Source: an uncultured Deinococcaceae bacterium (GTDB taxonomy: Bacteria; Deinococcota; Deinococci; Deinococcales; Deinococcaceae). From it: 64,000 nt of DNA. The position numbers were made by a program, and so were the translations under genes. The first letter of the stretch is position 1; each line of letters starts with the position of its first letter. Below the pieces are notes generated by a model. The model made no database searches, was not told the origin of the DNA, and saw nothing but the letters and a program-made list of their open reading frames with translations. The DNA is taken from positions 32,001 through 96,000 of the forward strand of contig CAXULY010000002.1 in NCBI GenBank assembly GCA_964252075.1, read 5' to 3'. Shown in pieces: positions 10,121-20,255 of the stretch.

Positions 10121-10506
10121 GCTTCCGGCGGGCGCGTCCACTCCAGTGTCACGCCGAGTGGGGGGAGGGTCAGCCACGCGTTGTCCGCGATCAGGATGGG
10201 GTGGCCGAGGCGCCGGGCGAGCGCCAGGCAGGCGCAGTCGCCAAAGCTCAGGTCCGGCACCAGGGCGTGCACCTGCGCGACCGCCACGGCATCCTCTTTG
10301 GTAAAGGACTCGATGGATAGGCCCTCAATCAGCAGGTCACGCACCACTGCTTCTGGCGCCCCGCCCCGCCCACCGAGCAGGCTGACCACCTCCGCGACGT
10401 TCACCGCGCTGATGTGCGCCGAGTGTTGAAGTGCGGTGTCCACGGCAGAGGCGCCCGCCTCCTGACGCAGCCAGGTGATCAGGGCGCTGGTGTGAAGGAC
10501 GCTCAC
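10117..10506 (-). CDS. vapC: VapC-like PIN-domain toxin (first Asp replaced by His)
   Basis: VLHTSAL, SAVNVAEV, LSFGDCACLALA, IADNAW. Confidence 0.85.
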   Translation of the reverse strand: MSVLHTSALITWLRQEAGASAVDTALQHSAHISAVNVAEVVSLLGGRGGAPEAVVRDLLIEGLSIESFTKEDAVAVAQVHALVPDLSFGDCACLALARRLGHPILIADNAWLTLPPLGVTLEWTRPPEA

Positions 10507-10760
10507 CGCTCTCCGGGGGTTTGTGTGTGTGCCTCATCAGGCATCTCGTCACTATCAATGTCCTCATCGGTCAACTGCGCGCCCAGAGAGAACAGTCTGT
10601 TCCTGGCGGCGCCTTTAGGTTCCAGAATCAAGCGTTCGTCTTCCAGGTAGGCGATAAACGTGCCACCTAGAGGCGATTTCAGGTGTTCACGGATGGGTAG
10701 GGGCACCACCACGCGCCCCTGGGCATTCATGCGCACTTCAAAGGAGCTGCTTTCGATCAC
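10503..10760 (-). CDS. AbrB/MazE-family antitoxin
   Basis: VRMNAQGRVVVPLPIREHL...LILEP with acidic tail; overlaps toxin start. Confidence 0.85.
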   Translation of the reverse strand: MIESSSFEVRMNAQGRVVVPLPIREHLKSPLGGTFIAYLEDERLILEPKGAARNRLFSLGAQLTDEDIDSDEMPDEAHTQTPGER

Positions 10761-10761
10761 A

Positions 10762-10788
10762 GTGACAGTGTAGTTGAAACGGTGTCAC
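10762..10788. promoter_or_regulatory. GTGACA-N15-TGTCAC inverted repeat, candidate TA autoregulatory operator
   Basis: Immediately upstream of the antitoxin start. Confidence 0.4.
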
Positions 10789-10817
10789 ACGGTAGAGCCC
10801 GATACGCGGGCAACTGG

Positions 10818-10851
10818 TCCCTTTTTGATAAGAGTGGTTATCAAAAAGGGA
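10818..10851. repeat. Perfect 14-6-14 inverted repeat (recombinase core site or operator)
   Basis: TCCCTTTTTGATAA-GAGTGG-TTATCAAAAAGGGA. Confidence 0.75.
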
Positions 10852-10989
10852 TAGAACCAAACGCCTACTTGATGGGTTGATGAGTTTGCCAACTGGCCGT
10901 GGATAAGTCTCAGTACGATGCCGAAAGATTGCAAAAAATATATACAATATAACGACTTCCCGGTCGTGTCCCCGAATGTCAACATCTCA

Positions 10990-11045
10990 ACAGGCGTGCC
11001 GTGGAGGAAGGGAATTACAAACTGCTTCCTCCACGGCATGCCCGT
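10990..11045. terminator. Long hairpin downstream of the iron-binding protein gene
   Basis: ACAGGCGTGCCGTGGAGGAAG ... CTTCCTCCACGGCATGCCCGT, 21-bp arms with 2 mismatches. Confidence 0.5.
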
Positions 11046-11124
11046 AGCCCTCTTTTTTACACGTTTTTTCGGAAGCACAGCATAGATGTGTGGCTTGCCC
11101 GTCCCTGCAATTCCCTGACGACCG

Positions 11125-12072
11125 TCACTGAACTTTCTGCAGGATGAGGCGTGTCAGGTCATTGCTGTTGCGAATGCTGACCAGTGGCCCGGAGTACGGG
11201 CTGAAGGCCTCAGGCACATACAGCACGCTTTGGGCCTTCAGGCGCTGCCCAGCTGGCGTGTTGAGGAACGCGTCCGCCCCATTGTACTTCCCGCCGGGCG
11301 GGAACAGCACTACGAGCGTCTTCTTGTCGAGCCCCAGGAGGGCTTCCGTGCTGATTTCCGCACCCACGCCGAGCGTCGTCCCGCTGACCTTGAGGCCGTC
11401 CTTGAAGCCCAGGGTGCGCAGGTCGGGGATCAGGCGCACGTTCGTGTAGATCCAGGTGCTGCCTCCCGCGAAGGGCGCAAGGACCACCACCTTGTCGTAT
11501 TTCTTGAACACCCCGGCGCTCAGTAACCGTCGGGCGTTCATGCGGTTGGTGTCCGCCACCTGTTTGATGACGCGTTCCGCCTGCTCCTGACGCCCGAAGA
11601 GGCGTGCAAGGTCACGCAGGCCCTTCTGCCAGTAGCCCGTTCCACCCTCCTGGTACCCGATGGTGGGCGCGATGCGGCTGAGTTTGTCGTAGTTCTGATT
11701 GCCCTGCCATGTGAGGCGCACGATGAGGTCCGGCTTGAGGGCCGTGATGGTTTCGAGGTTCGGAGCCTGCCAGTCTCCGACGAAGGCGGGGTTGTTGAGG
11801 GGGGTGCGGCCGTAGAATCCTGTCTTCAGCACTTCAGGTTTGATGCGGCCGCCGCTAAGGTCGGTCGGGCTGAAGTACGTGCTGGCGAGGCCGACAATGC
11901 GGTCGCTGACGCCCAGCGCCGCAAGCCACCCGAGGGCCTCTTCGTCCATGACCACGATGCGTGCCGGGTTTTTCTTGACTTGTGTGGTGCCTTCGTCGTG
12001 CTTGATGGTGAGGGTCTGGGCCGTGGCGAAGCTGGCGGTAAGGCTAACGAGGAGGAAGGTTGTAAAACGCAT
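11125..12072 (-). CDS. Iron-siderophore/heme ABC transporter substrate-binding protein
   Basis: Signal peptide; [39 protein letters not shown]. Confidence 0.88.
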   Translation of the reverse strand: MRFTTFLLVSLTASFATAQTLTIKHDEGTTQVKKNPARIVVMDEEALGWLAALGVSDRIVGLASTYFSPTDLSGGRIKPEVLKTGFYGRTPLNNPAFVGDWQAPNLETITALKPDLIVRLTWQGNQNYDKLSRIAPTIGYQEGGTGYWQKGLRDLARLFGRQEQAERVIKQVADTNRMNARRLLSAGVFKKYDKVVVLAPFAGGSTWIYTNVRLIPDLRTLGFKDGLKVSGTTLGVGAEISTEALLGLDKKTLVVLFPPGGKYNGADAFLNTPAGQRLKAQSVLYVPEAFSPYSGPLVSIRNSNDLTRLILQKVQ

Positions 12073-12087
12073 GCTTTATATCTTGAT

Positions 12088-12111
12088 TAATCCGAGCAAT
12101 TTAGTCAATAT
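12088..12111 (-). promoter_or_regulatory. Rrf2/IscR type-1-like box
   Basis: Minus strand ATATTGACTAAATTGCTCGGATTA about 15 bp upstream of the ATG. Confidence 0.45.
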
Positions 12112-12702
12112 TGCAGTAAAGCTGCGATTGGAGGAGCCTAAGCCGCCAGATGCCACAGGCCGTGGCGCACTAATGGCATGGCTGGTCGAATATATACTGA
12201 TACGCCCCGGCCTGTCGGCGTGTTGGTCCTGTCGCGAGATAATGTCTGGAAACGTTTGGCGTACATTCGGCATCATGTTCAAATAGGTTAATTAGACTAG
12301 AGGATAGCTTCTTGTCCATTCAATTTAATGGGTCAAAATAAATTTGATCTATCCGACGCTGTCAATCTTTAATGTACATCAGAGGCAGAACATATTGGCC
12401 ATCTTGGACGCGACCAACTTTCATGCACGGTGCTTATGCCAAGGCAAAGTTACGCTTCTGGTAAGGCATGACATCCCATATTGGTTACATGGTAAAAGGT
12501 TACGTCCCTCGTGGTTGGTCCGCTTCGTGTATATATTCTTCTCTTTGCGCCCCCGCACCGTCAGGGCCTCCTTTCAAGCGCCACACCAGCATCTCGGGCA
12601 ATCCACGCAAAGGCGCACTGCACTCCGACTGCACAAGAGGATGGCCGAACATGTGGTGCGAAAGGTGTTCAACGTGGCACAACAGGTGATATGAGGTAAC
12701 GC

Positions 12703-13455
12703 ATGCGTCTCAGTGATGACCTCGCCGACCTCCCGCTGTACGGCCAGAATCGCAGTCAGGGTCCTTACCATGTGGCCCTCCTGTTCGACCCCAACGCCGG
12801 ACCCGTCCTGGTGGACACTGGCCTACCGGACATGCTCCTGACCATTCAGGACGCCATTCAGGCGGAAGGCGCGCGCCTCATGGATGTCCGCACGGTGCTG
12901 ATCACCCACCACGACCTTGACCACATCGGCTCCCTCCCTGAGCTGGTCGAGGCGACGGGCGCGCAGGTGCTGGCCGCACCGGACGAAGTGCCGTTCATTC
13001 AGGATGGCCGGCCACCCCAGAAGCTCCCCACGCCGGAAGCACAGGAAGCGCTCCTGCAGGCGGCGCCTGAAGCGCAGCGGGACGCGATGCGCGCGCAGTT
13101 CGCGCGCATGTCGCAGGGCCGCCCGTCCGTCGCCGTGACGCGCGCCCTCGTGGACAACGAGGTGCTGGACCTCGCGGGCGGCGTGCGGGTGGTGTTCACG
13201 CCCGGCCATACGGTGGGTCACACGAGTTTCTACCTGGAGCGCAGCGGCATCCTGATCGCCGGGGACGCCCTCACCGCGCAGGACGGCCAGCTGCACGGGC
13301 CGAGCGAGCGCTTCACCGCGGATCTGGCGACCGCCCACGCGTCCGTCCGGAAGCTCGCGGCGCTCCGACCGCAGGGCGTTCTGTGCTACCACGGCGGCTT
13401 TGTGATGGGTAATGCCGCCGAGCAACTGGAGCGTCTGGCCGCGACCCTCAGCTGA
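12703..13455 (+). CDS. Metallo-beta-lactamase-fold hydrolase
   Basis: LVDTG, THHDLDHIG, TPGHT.GH, AGD, HGG. Confidence 0.92.
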   Translation: MRLSDDLADLPLYGQNRSQGPYHVALLFDPNAGPVLVDTGLPDMLLTIQDAIQAEGARLMDVRTVLITHHDLDHIGSLPELVEATGAQVLAAPDEVPFIQDGRPPQKLPTPEAQEALLQAAPEAQRDAMRAQFARMSQGRPSVAVTRALVDNEVLDLAGGVRVVFTPGHTVGHTSFYLERSGILIAGDALTAQDGQLHGPSERFTADLATAHASVRKLAALRPQGVLCYHGGFVMGNAAEQLERLAATLS

Positions 13456-13657
13456 GGGTCGCGGTGGGCCCGCCGCGCGCGAGCTGGGCGGCATTGCTGA
13501 ACGCATAGTGCTGCTCTGCTTCATGCCTGTAGTTATGTCTGCAAGCCATCAAAGACCTCACCGCTCTAAGAGCTCATGATCCACACGCAGCTCAGGGGGC
13601 GGCGGTTTAAGGTGCGGTCACACCCGCACCCCAACCCCGTTGCTGCAGGAGGACCTC

Positions 13658-15550
13658 ATGGCGCCGCTCCGTCCCCTCCGTACCGTCTCCCCCGCGCTCG
13701 CCCTCGGCCTGCTCACGCTCCTCGCGGCCTGCGGCCAGGGACCGCGCGCAGCCACCTCAGCCCCAGGCGCCGACCCATACCTGGACGGTGCCGATCATCA
13801 CTGGACGGACACCGCGCCCCTCGCCGCGCAGGGCATCGTGAGCGGCAGCAACGAGGTCTCCGCGCTCAGCTGGACAGCCGCCACGAACGGCTGGGGTCCC
13901 GTGGAGCGCAACCGCAGCAACGGTGAGACGGGCGCGGCGGACGGCCACACCCTCACCCTGGCGGGCCGCACGTACAGCAGCGGCCTGGGCGTGCACGCGA
14001 ACTCCAGCGTCACCTACGCCCTGAACGGGCAGTGCAGCGCCCTCACCGCCGACGTCGGCCTCGACGACGAGATCGACCACCAGAGCAAGGGCTCGGTGGT
14101 GTTCCAGGTGTTCGCGGACGGCGTGAAACGCTACGACTCCGGCCGCATGACGGGCAGCAGCGCCACGAAGGGCATCAACGTGGGCGTCACGGGCGCTCGG
14201 GAACTGCGCCTCGTCGTGACGGACGCGGGGGACGGCCTGAGTTACGACCATGCGGATTGGGCGAACGCGAAACTCAGCTGCAGCGTCCCGCCCGCCGGTC
14301 CGGTCGGCGCGAGCGTGAACGTCACGGTCGCGGTGCCCGCCAGCATGCGCGCCGCGCCCTTCGACGTGACGCGCACGCTGAAGGTCCCGCCCGGCTTCAA
14401 AGTGTCCGTGTACGCCCGCATCAACCAGGCGCGCTTCCTGCTGCCGCTCCCGAACGGGGACCTGCTGGTGTCGCAGCCCAGCAGTGGGAAGGTGCTGCTC
14501 GTCCGCCCGAACGCGGCGGGCGAGGGCGTCGTCACAGACTTCGCCACGAACCTCCGGAGCCCGCATGACCTCGTGCTGGACACGCAGGGCAGCAGCACCT
14601 ACCTGTACGTCGCGGAAAGCCAGCGCGTGACGCGCTCCGTATACGTCACGGGCGACACTGCGCGCCGCGCCGCGCAGACGGTCGTAGGGAACCTGCCGGA
14701 CGCCAGCACCCCGGAACTGAAGGGCGCGTACGCGCACGCCCTGAAGAACATCGCGCTGGACGACAACCACCGCCTGTACGTGTCGGTTGCGTCCGCCACG
14801 AACAGCGACCCCAGCGACGTGACGGGCAGCTTCCGCCGCGCCGCCATCTACGCCTACAACGCGGACGGCACGGGCGGGCGGCTGTTCGCGCAGGGCCTGC
14901 GCAACGCCGAGGGCCTCGCGGTGCTGCCGGGCAGCAACACCCTGTGGGTGGCCGTGAACAACCGCGACAACATCGCCTACCCCTATCACAACGACTGGCA
15001 GGGTGACGGCAGCGGCGACGACTACGGCAAGGTCATCCAGTCGTACGTGGACAACCACCCGCCCGAGGAGTTCACGAGCGTCCGCGACGGCGGGAATTAC
15101 GGCTGGCCGTTCTGCAACCCCAACCCGGACGCTGGCGTGGACAGCATGCCGTTTGACCGAGACGTGCAGAACAACGCGGACGGCAGCCGCCTGAACTGCG
15201 GCGGCGCGGACCGCATCACGAAAGGCATTCAGGCGCACTCCGCGCCGCTCGGCCTGAGCTTCCTGCAGAACTCCAGGGTGCCCGCCGCGTACCGCAACGG
15301 CGCCGTGATCAGCCTGCACGGCTGCTGGAACTGCTCGAAGCTGGTGGGGAACAAGGTCATTTACTTCCCGTGGACGGCGCAGGGCGCGCCGGGCGCGGAA
15401 CTGGACCTCGTGAGCGGCTGGGTGACGGACGCCACGAACAAGGTCCGCTGGGGTCGCCCGGTGGACGTGGTGCCGGACGCCGCGGGGAACCTGCTGATCT
15501 CCGACGATTACGCGAACGCCGTCTACAGGCTCAGCCCCACCACGCCCTGA
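13658..15550 (+). CDS. Lipoprotein: NPCBM domain fused to a glucose/sorbosone dehydrogenase beta-propeller
   Basis: LLAAC lipobox; NPCBM motifs; GLRNAEG, GGNYGWP, AHSAPLGL, GRPVDV, LLISDD. Confidence 0.88.
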   Translation: MAPLRPLRTVSPALALGLLTLLAACGQGPRAATSAPGADPYLDGADHHWTDTAPLAAQGIVSGSNEVSALSWTAATNGWGPVERNRSNGETGAADGHTLTLAGRTYSSGLGVHANSSVTYALNGQCSALTADVGLDDEIDHQSKGSVVFQVFADGVKRYDSGRMTGSSATKGINVGVTGARELRLVVTDAGDGLSYDHADWANAKLSCSVPPAGPVGASVNVTVAVPASMRAAPFDVTRTLKVPPGFKVSVYARINQARFLLPLPNGDLLVSQPSSGKVLLVRPNAAGEGVVTDFATNLRSPHDLVLDTQGSSTYLYVAESQRVTRSVYVTGDTARRAAQTVVGNLPDASTPELKGAYAHALKNIALDDNHRLYVSVASATNSDPSDVTGSFRRAAIYAYNADGTGGRLFAQGLRNAEGLAVLPGSNTLWVAVNNRDNIAYPYHNDWQGDGSGDDYGKVIQSYVDNHPPEEFTSVRDGGNYGWPFCNPNPDAGVDSMPFDRDVQNNADGSRLNCGGADRITKGIQAHSAPLGLSFLQNSRVPAAYRNGAVISLHGCWNCSKLVGNKVIYFPWTAQGAPGAELDLVSGWVTDATNKVRWGRPVDVVPDAAGNLLISDDYANAVYRLSPTTP

Positions 15551-15615
15551 GCGGCGCGCCTTGAAGCGCGCCCGCCCTGCGGCCCACAATGCCCTTGGCA
15601 CCCCCAAGGAGGCTT

Positions 15616-17019
15616 GTGGCTTACGTGCAGACCCTCGGCCCGCGAACGTACTCGTTTCCCGACCTCCGGACGCTGCTCGCGCGGGCGTCCCCACCGCGCT
15701 CCGGCGATGACCTCGCGGGCGTGTCCGCGCGCAGCGCCGAGGAGCGCGTCGCCGCGCGGTACGCCCTGGCGGACGTGCCGCTGCAGCGCTTCCTCACGGA
15801 GCCCCTCGTGCCGTACGAACGCGACGAGGTCACGCGCCTGATCCTCGACACGCACGACGCCGCCGCCTTCGCGCCCGTCGCGCACCACAGCGTCGGTTCG
15901 CTGCGCGACTGGCTGCTCGGGCCGGACGCCACCACGCCCGCCCTCACGGCGCTCGCCCCCGGCCTCACGCCGGAGATGGTCGCGGCGGTCAGTAAACTCA
16001 TGCGGCAGCAGGACCTGATCGCGGTGGCGCGCAAATGCCGGGTCGTCACGCGCTTCCGCGGCACCATCGGGCTGCCGGGGCGGCTCTCCGCGCGCCTCCA
16101 GCCGAACCACCCGACGGACGACGCGCGCGGCATCGTCGCGTCCATCATTGACGGCCTGCTGTTCGGGTGCGGCGACGCGGTGATCGGCATCAACCCCGCC
16201 ACGGACCGCCCCCAGACGGTGCGCGCCCTGCTGGAGGTGCTGGACGCGCTGCGCGCGCAACTCGGGATGCCCACGCAGGCGTGCGTGCTGGCACACATCA
16301 CCACGCAACTCCGGGCGGTGGAGGCGGGCGCGCCGCTCGACCTGATGTTCCAGAGCATCGCGGGCACCGAGGCGGCCAACGCGAGCTTCGGCGTGAACCT
16401 CGCGCTGCTGCGGGAGGCGCAGAGCGCCGCGCTGTCCCTGCGGCGCGGCGAGCTGGGCGAGCACGTCATGTACTTCGAGACGGGCCAGGGCAGCGCCCTG
16501 TCCGCGAACGCGCACCACGGCCTCGACCAGCAGACCTGCGAGGCGCGCGCCTACGCCGTCGCGCGCGCCTTCTCGCCGCTGCTCGTGAACACCGTGGTGG
16601 GGTTCATCGGGCCGGAGTACCTGTATGACGGCAAGCAGATCACCCGCGCGGGCCTGGAGGACCACTTCTGCGGGAAGCTGCTCGGCCTGCCGATGGGGTG
16701 CGACGTGTGCCACACCAACCACGCCGAGGCGGACGAGGACGACATGGACGCGCTGCTCACGCTGCTCGGCGTGGCGGGCTGCACCTTCGTGATGGGCGTG
16801 CCTGGCGCGGACGACGTGATGCTCGGGTACCAGAGCACCTCCTACCACGACGTCGCCACCGCCCGTGCGACGCTCGGCCTGCGCCCCGCGCCGGAATTCG
16901 AGGCGTGGCTGCAGGGCCTCGGCATCCTCGACGACCAGGGCGCGCTCGCCGCGCCGAACGCCCGGCACGCCCTCCTGCACTCCGCGCGGCGCGCGCTGGG
17001 CGCCCAGCATGCCGGATGA
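15616..17019 (+). CDS. eutB: Ethanolamine ammonia-lyase large subunit
   Basis: [53 protein letters not shown]. Confidence 0.96.
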   Translation: MAYVQTLGPRTYSFPDLRTLLARASPPRSGDDLAGVSARSAEERVAARYALADVPLQRFLTEPLVPYERDEVTRLILDTHDAAAFAPVAHHSVGSLRDWLLGPDATTPALTALAPGLTPEMVAAVSKLMRQQDLIAVARKCRVVTRFRGTIGLPGRLSARLQPNHPTDDARGIVASIIDGLLFGCGDAVIGINPATDRPQTVRALLEVLDALRAQLGMPTQACVLAHITTQLRAVEAGAPLDLMFQSIAGTEAANASFGVNLALLREAQSAALSLRRGELGEHVMYFETGQGSALSANAHHGLDQQTCEARAYAVARAFSPLLVNTVVGFIGPEYLYDGKQITRAGLEDHFCGKLLGLPMGCDVCHTNHAEADEDDMDALLTLLGVAGCTFVMGVPGADDVMLGYQSTSYHDVATARATLGLRPAPEFEAWLQGLGILDDQGALAAPNARHALLHSARRALGAQHAG

Positions 17020-17776
17020 CCTGAGCGCCTGGGCGGCGCTGCGCGCCCTCACGCCCGCCCGCCTCGCCCTCGGGCGCAGCGGCACCAGCGTGCCCACGGC
17101 GGTGCAGCTGGACCTGCAACTCGCGCACGCCCGCGCGCGCGACGCGGTGCTGGTGCCGCTGGACCCCGAGCGGGTCGCGCGCGACCTGCGCGACCTCGGG
17201 CTGGACGCGCTGCACCTGCACAGCGCCGCGCCGGACCGCGCGACGTACCTGCGCCGCCCCGACCTGGGCCGCCAGCTGAACGACCCCAGCCGCGCGCTCC
17301 TGCAGCGCGCCGCCACGCACGCCCACGCGGACCTCGCGCTGGTCGTCGCGGACGGCCTGAGCGCCAGCGCGGTCCACACGCACGCCGCGGCGCTCCTCGC
17401 GGCGTGCCTGCCCGCGTTCCGCGCCCGCGGCTGGCGCCTCGCGCCGATCTGCGTGGTGCAGCAGGGGCGCGTGGCGCTCGGGGATGAGGTCGGGGCGCTG
17501 CTGCAGGCGCGGCAGGTGGTCGTCCTGATCGGGGAGCGGCCCGGCATGAGCGCCCCGGACAGCCTCGGCGCGTACCTCACGCACGCCCCGGCGGTCGGGC
17601 GGACCGACGCGGAACGCAACTGCATCTCCAACATTCACGCCGCGGGCCTCGGGTACGCGCAGGCGGGCGAGACGCTCGTGCGCCTGCTGGACGCCGCGCG
17701 CGCGCTCGGTCAGTCCGGCGTGGGCCTCAAGGACGAGGTCCGCACGGTCCTGCCGGGCGACGCGGAGGGCGGCTGA
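17009..17776 (+). CDS. eutC: Ethanolamine ammonia-lyase small subunit
   Basis: [42 protein letters not shown]. Confidence 0.96.
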   Translation: MPDDLSAWAALRALTPARLALGRSGTSVPTAVQLDLQLAHARARDAVLVPLDPERVARDLRDLGLDALHLHSAAPDRATYLRRPDLGRQLNDPSRALLQRAATHAHADLALVVADGLSASAVHTHAAALLAACLPAFRARGWRLAPICVVQQGRVALGDEVGALLQARQVVVLIGERPGMSAPDSLGAYLTHAPAVGRTDAERNCISNIHAAGLGYAQAGETLVRLLDAARALGQSGVGLKDEVRTVLPGDAEGG

Positions 17777-17855
17777 CGGAGCGCGGAAACGCACGGGCGC
17801 TTTCATGTGGCACATGCATACTGGACCATATCCTCATGCTTGCCAAGGAGAGAAT

Positions 17856-18254
17856 GTGAAGCACCTGCTGTTCCCCATCGCCGCCCTCACCCTCACCGCC
17901 TGCTTTCCCAGCGCCACGAACGGCGCCGGAAGCACCGCCCCGGACATCTCGGGCACCTGGGCGGGCAATTTCAAGGGCGACGCGGGCACCGTACCCATCA
18001 CCATCATCCTGAACGGCGCGGACACCAGGGACGCGGTTCGGAGCGGCACCCTCCTGTTCCTGCAGGGCCAGAAGCTGGCCGTGCGCGGGGACGCCACGAC
18101 GGGCACCATCACCGGCGACGACGGCAAGGGCACCCGCGTGAACCTGCAGGGCACCTTCACCGACCGGATGTACACCGGGACGGGCGTGATCGTCATGCGG
18201 GCACCTGAGCCCGGCCGCACGAACTCCGGCACCTTCATCCTCAACCGGCAGTGA
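17856..18254 (+). CDS. Small beta-rich lipoprotein
   Basis: LTAC lipobox, ISGTWAG; AAGGAG RBS. Confidence 0.7.
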   Translation: MKHLLFPIAALTLTACFPSATNGAGSTAPDISGTWAGNFKGDAGTVPITIILNGADTRDAVRSGTLLFLQGQKLAVRGDATTGTITGDDGKGTRVNLQGTFTDRMYTGTGVIVMRAPEPGRTNSGTFILNRQ

Positions 18255-18315
18255 GGGACGGGGCCGCAGCCGACGGCCCCACCCACCCCAGAGGCTCAGG
18301 GCGCGGGAAGCAGCG

Positions 18316-18882
18316 TCAGGCAGGCGGCCCGCCGTCATCGCGCGCGGGCTGACCCGCGGGGAACTGCGCGATGGCGAAGGTCACGACGTCCCAGGCGTTG
18401 CGGATGCCCATGAGCAGCAGCACCACCACGCTGACGCCCGTCAGGTCCAGCGCGGCGCGCGCCGCGCCCGCAAGGCCCAGGCTCCCGGACACCACCAGCA
18501 GGGCGCCCGCCACGACCGGCGCGCCCGCGTACCACAACCAGTCGGAGAGGTCGAAGACGCGCGTGTTGCCGCCCGTAATCAGCTGGCGCAGCACCACCGC
18601 GATGTACCCCAGGCCCAGCACGCCCGCGGTGAGCAGCAGCGCGCCAAACCACGCGCGGGTCAGGCTCGGCATGAGCAGCAAGCCGCCCAGCACCAGACTC
18701 AGTACGAACGCCAGGAGCGCCGGGTCAATCAGGGCGCGCAGAACCGGAATGCGGCCCCGCGCGCCCAGGCGCTCACCCACCGAGATCGCCACGAACATCA
18801 GGCCGGCCAGCGCGGCGCCCGCCGTGCCGACCAGCAGGTAGAACGTCTCCCATTCGTGCAGCAGCGCGTGAAAGTCCTGCAT
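18316..18882 (-). CDS. Integral membrane protein
   Basis: WETFYLLVGTAGAALAGLMFVAIS and GIRNAWD; several TM helices; GGAGG RBS. Confidence 0.75.
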   Translation of the reverse strand: MQDFHALLHEWETFYLLVGTAGAALAGLMFVAISVGERLGARGRIPVLRALIDPALLAFVLSLVLGGLLLMPSLTRAWFGALLLTAGVLGLGYIAVVLRQLITGGNTRVFDLSDWLWYAGAPVVAGALLVVSGSLGLAGAARAALDLTGVSVVVLLLMGIRNAWDVVTFAIAQFPAGQPARDDGGPPA

Positions 18883-19084
18883 GGCGCCTCCCAGACGGAC
18901 CTGTGGCGGCCGCGTCTCCCGCCATTGTGCCGTGCGCCGCGGGGAAGTCAATGGGCGCGCGCGGCGCACGGGCGGGCCGTGGACTGTGGCACACACCGAC
19001 ATTCCGGTGTGGCAGGGCTCTTCCATGAACGGCTCCAGGGCTTTCCAGAGCCGCCCGCCGTAGGAGCGCGGGTACCATGCCGCC

Positions 19085-19720
19085 ATGCGATGGACCAGAA
19101 GCCACAGCGCGCTCGCCCTGCTGCTCACCTTCCTGCCGGTGCCCGCGCTCGCCGCGCCCACCGTGATCTGCCAGCCGGAACCGAAGGAATCCGCCGCGCG
19201 GGAGCGGCAGTGGAACCAGGCCATCGCGCGCCTCCCGGACCTCGCGCGGCGCCTGCCCGCCGCGCCGGACGCGAGCCTGCGCATGCCGGTGGAGGGCCTG
19301 CGCATCTCACAGATCGCGGACACCTGGAACGCCCCCCGCCCGGGCGGCCTCGTGCACGCCGGGCAGGACCTCTTCGCGCGCGAGGGCACCGTGGTGCGGT
19401 CCGCGACAAACGGCATCGTGTGGCGCATCGGGGACAGCGAGCGGGGCGGCACGTGGGTGTACGTGCTGGGCGCGGGCGGCAGGCGGTACTACTACGCGCA
19501 CCTCAGCGCGGTGTCCAAGGCCCTGCGCGAGGGCCAGCGCGTCACCGTCAGCACGGTGCTCGGGACGGTGGGCGACACGGGCGAGGCGGAATCCACGCCC
19601 CCGCACCTGCACTTTGCGGTTTTCGATCGGTACGACCCGGACGGCCCCTGCCGCTTTCCCGCCCTGAATCCCCTGCCGCTGCTGCGCGACCGCAGCGCCG
19701 CATCCACCCCGGGGCGTTAA
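19085..19720 (+). CDS. M23-family peptidase
   Basis: HAGQD (HxxxD), YYYAHL, PPHLHF; signal peptide. Confidence 0.9.
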   Translation: MRWTRSHSALALLLTFLPVPALAAPTVICQPEPKESAARERQWNQAIARLPDLARRLPAAPDASLRMPVEGLRISQIADTWNAPRPGGLVHAGQDLFAREGTVVRSATNGIVWRIGDSERGGTWVYVLGAGGRRYYYAHLSAVSKALREGQRVTVSTVLGTVGDTGEAESTPPHLHFAVFDRYDPDGPCRFPALNPLPLLRDRSAASTPGR

Positions 19721-19741
19721 GGCGGAACGCGCGGGGCCGCC

Positions 19742-20146
19742 TCAGGCGTGATCGGAACGGCGTGGGATAGCACGCGAGCCACCCAGTGGGCCGAAGCGGC
19801 CGCGGGGGTGCTTCGTGACGACAGGGCGCTCCAGAATCATCCGGATGAGCGCCTGCTCCTCCGCAGTGACGTTCAGGACGGCGCAGACGGCCGCGAAGTA
19901 CTGGCTGGAGGCGAGGTTGTGCCGTCCAGTGAAGAGCCGCGAGGCGTAGCTCGTGTTGGGAAGGCCCACCCGCTCGGCGAAGGAGCGGTACGTCAGGCGT
20001 GCGTTCATGAGGCGGTCCAGCAGCAGCGCCCTCACGTCCGCTGGGGTGCTGCTGGCGTGCAGGTGAATGGGCTGAGGGAGTCGTGGGGCGTGCATTGCCG
20101 TCACTTTAGAAGCCGCAGCGGCCACTGTCTCTAATAAAGTATTCAT
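19742..20146 (-). CDS. XRE-like helix-turn-helix protein
   Basis: LTYRSFAERVGLPNTSYASRLFTGR...AVCAVLNV. Confidence 0.6.
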   Translation of the reverse strand: MNTLLETVAAAASKVTAMHAPRLPQPIHLHASSTPADVRALLLDRLMNARLTYRSFAERVGLPNTSYASRLFTGRHNLASSQYFAAVCAVLNVTAEEQALIRMILERPVVTKHPRGRFGPLGGSRAIPRRSDHA

Positions 20147-20255
20147 GTAAGGAGGGGGGTGGGGGACCGGCGTTGGGGCAAAACAGCCCCTCCGCCGCTC
20201 CAAGGTGTCGCACCTCGGCGCAGGCCCAACACCAGCACGCCCCGGCTTCCGTGCC

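Noticed and set aside
10738..11078. Short ORFs in AT-rich DNA (also 12076-12700 and 59738-59935)
   Set aside because: No SD, motifs or host-like codon pattern
8850..12700. Integrated element or prophage bounded by att repeats
   Set aside because: No flanking direct repeat, tRNA target or phage genes found
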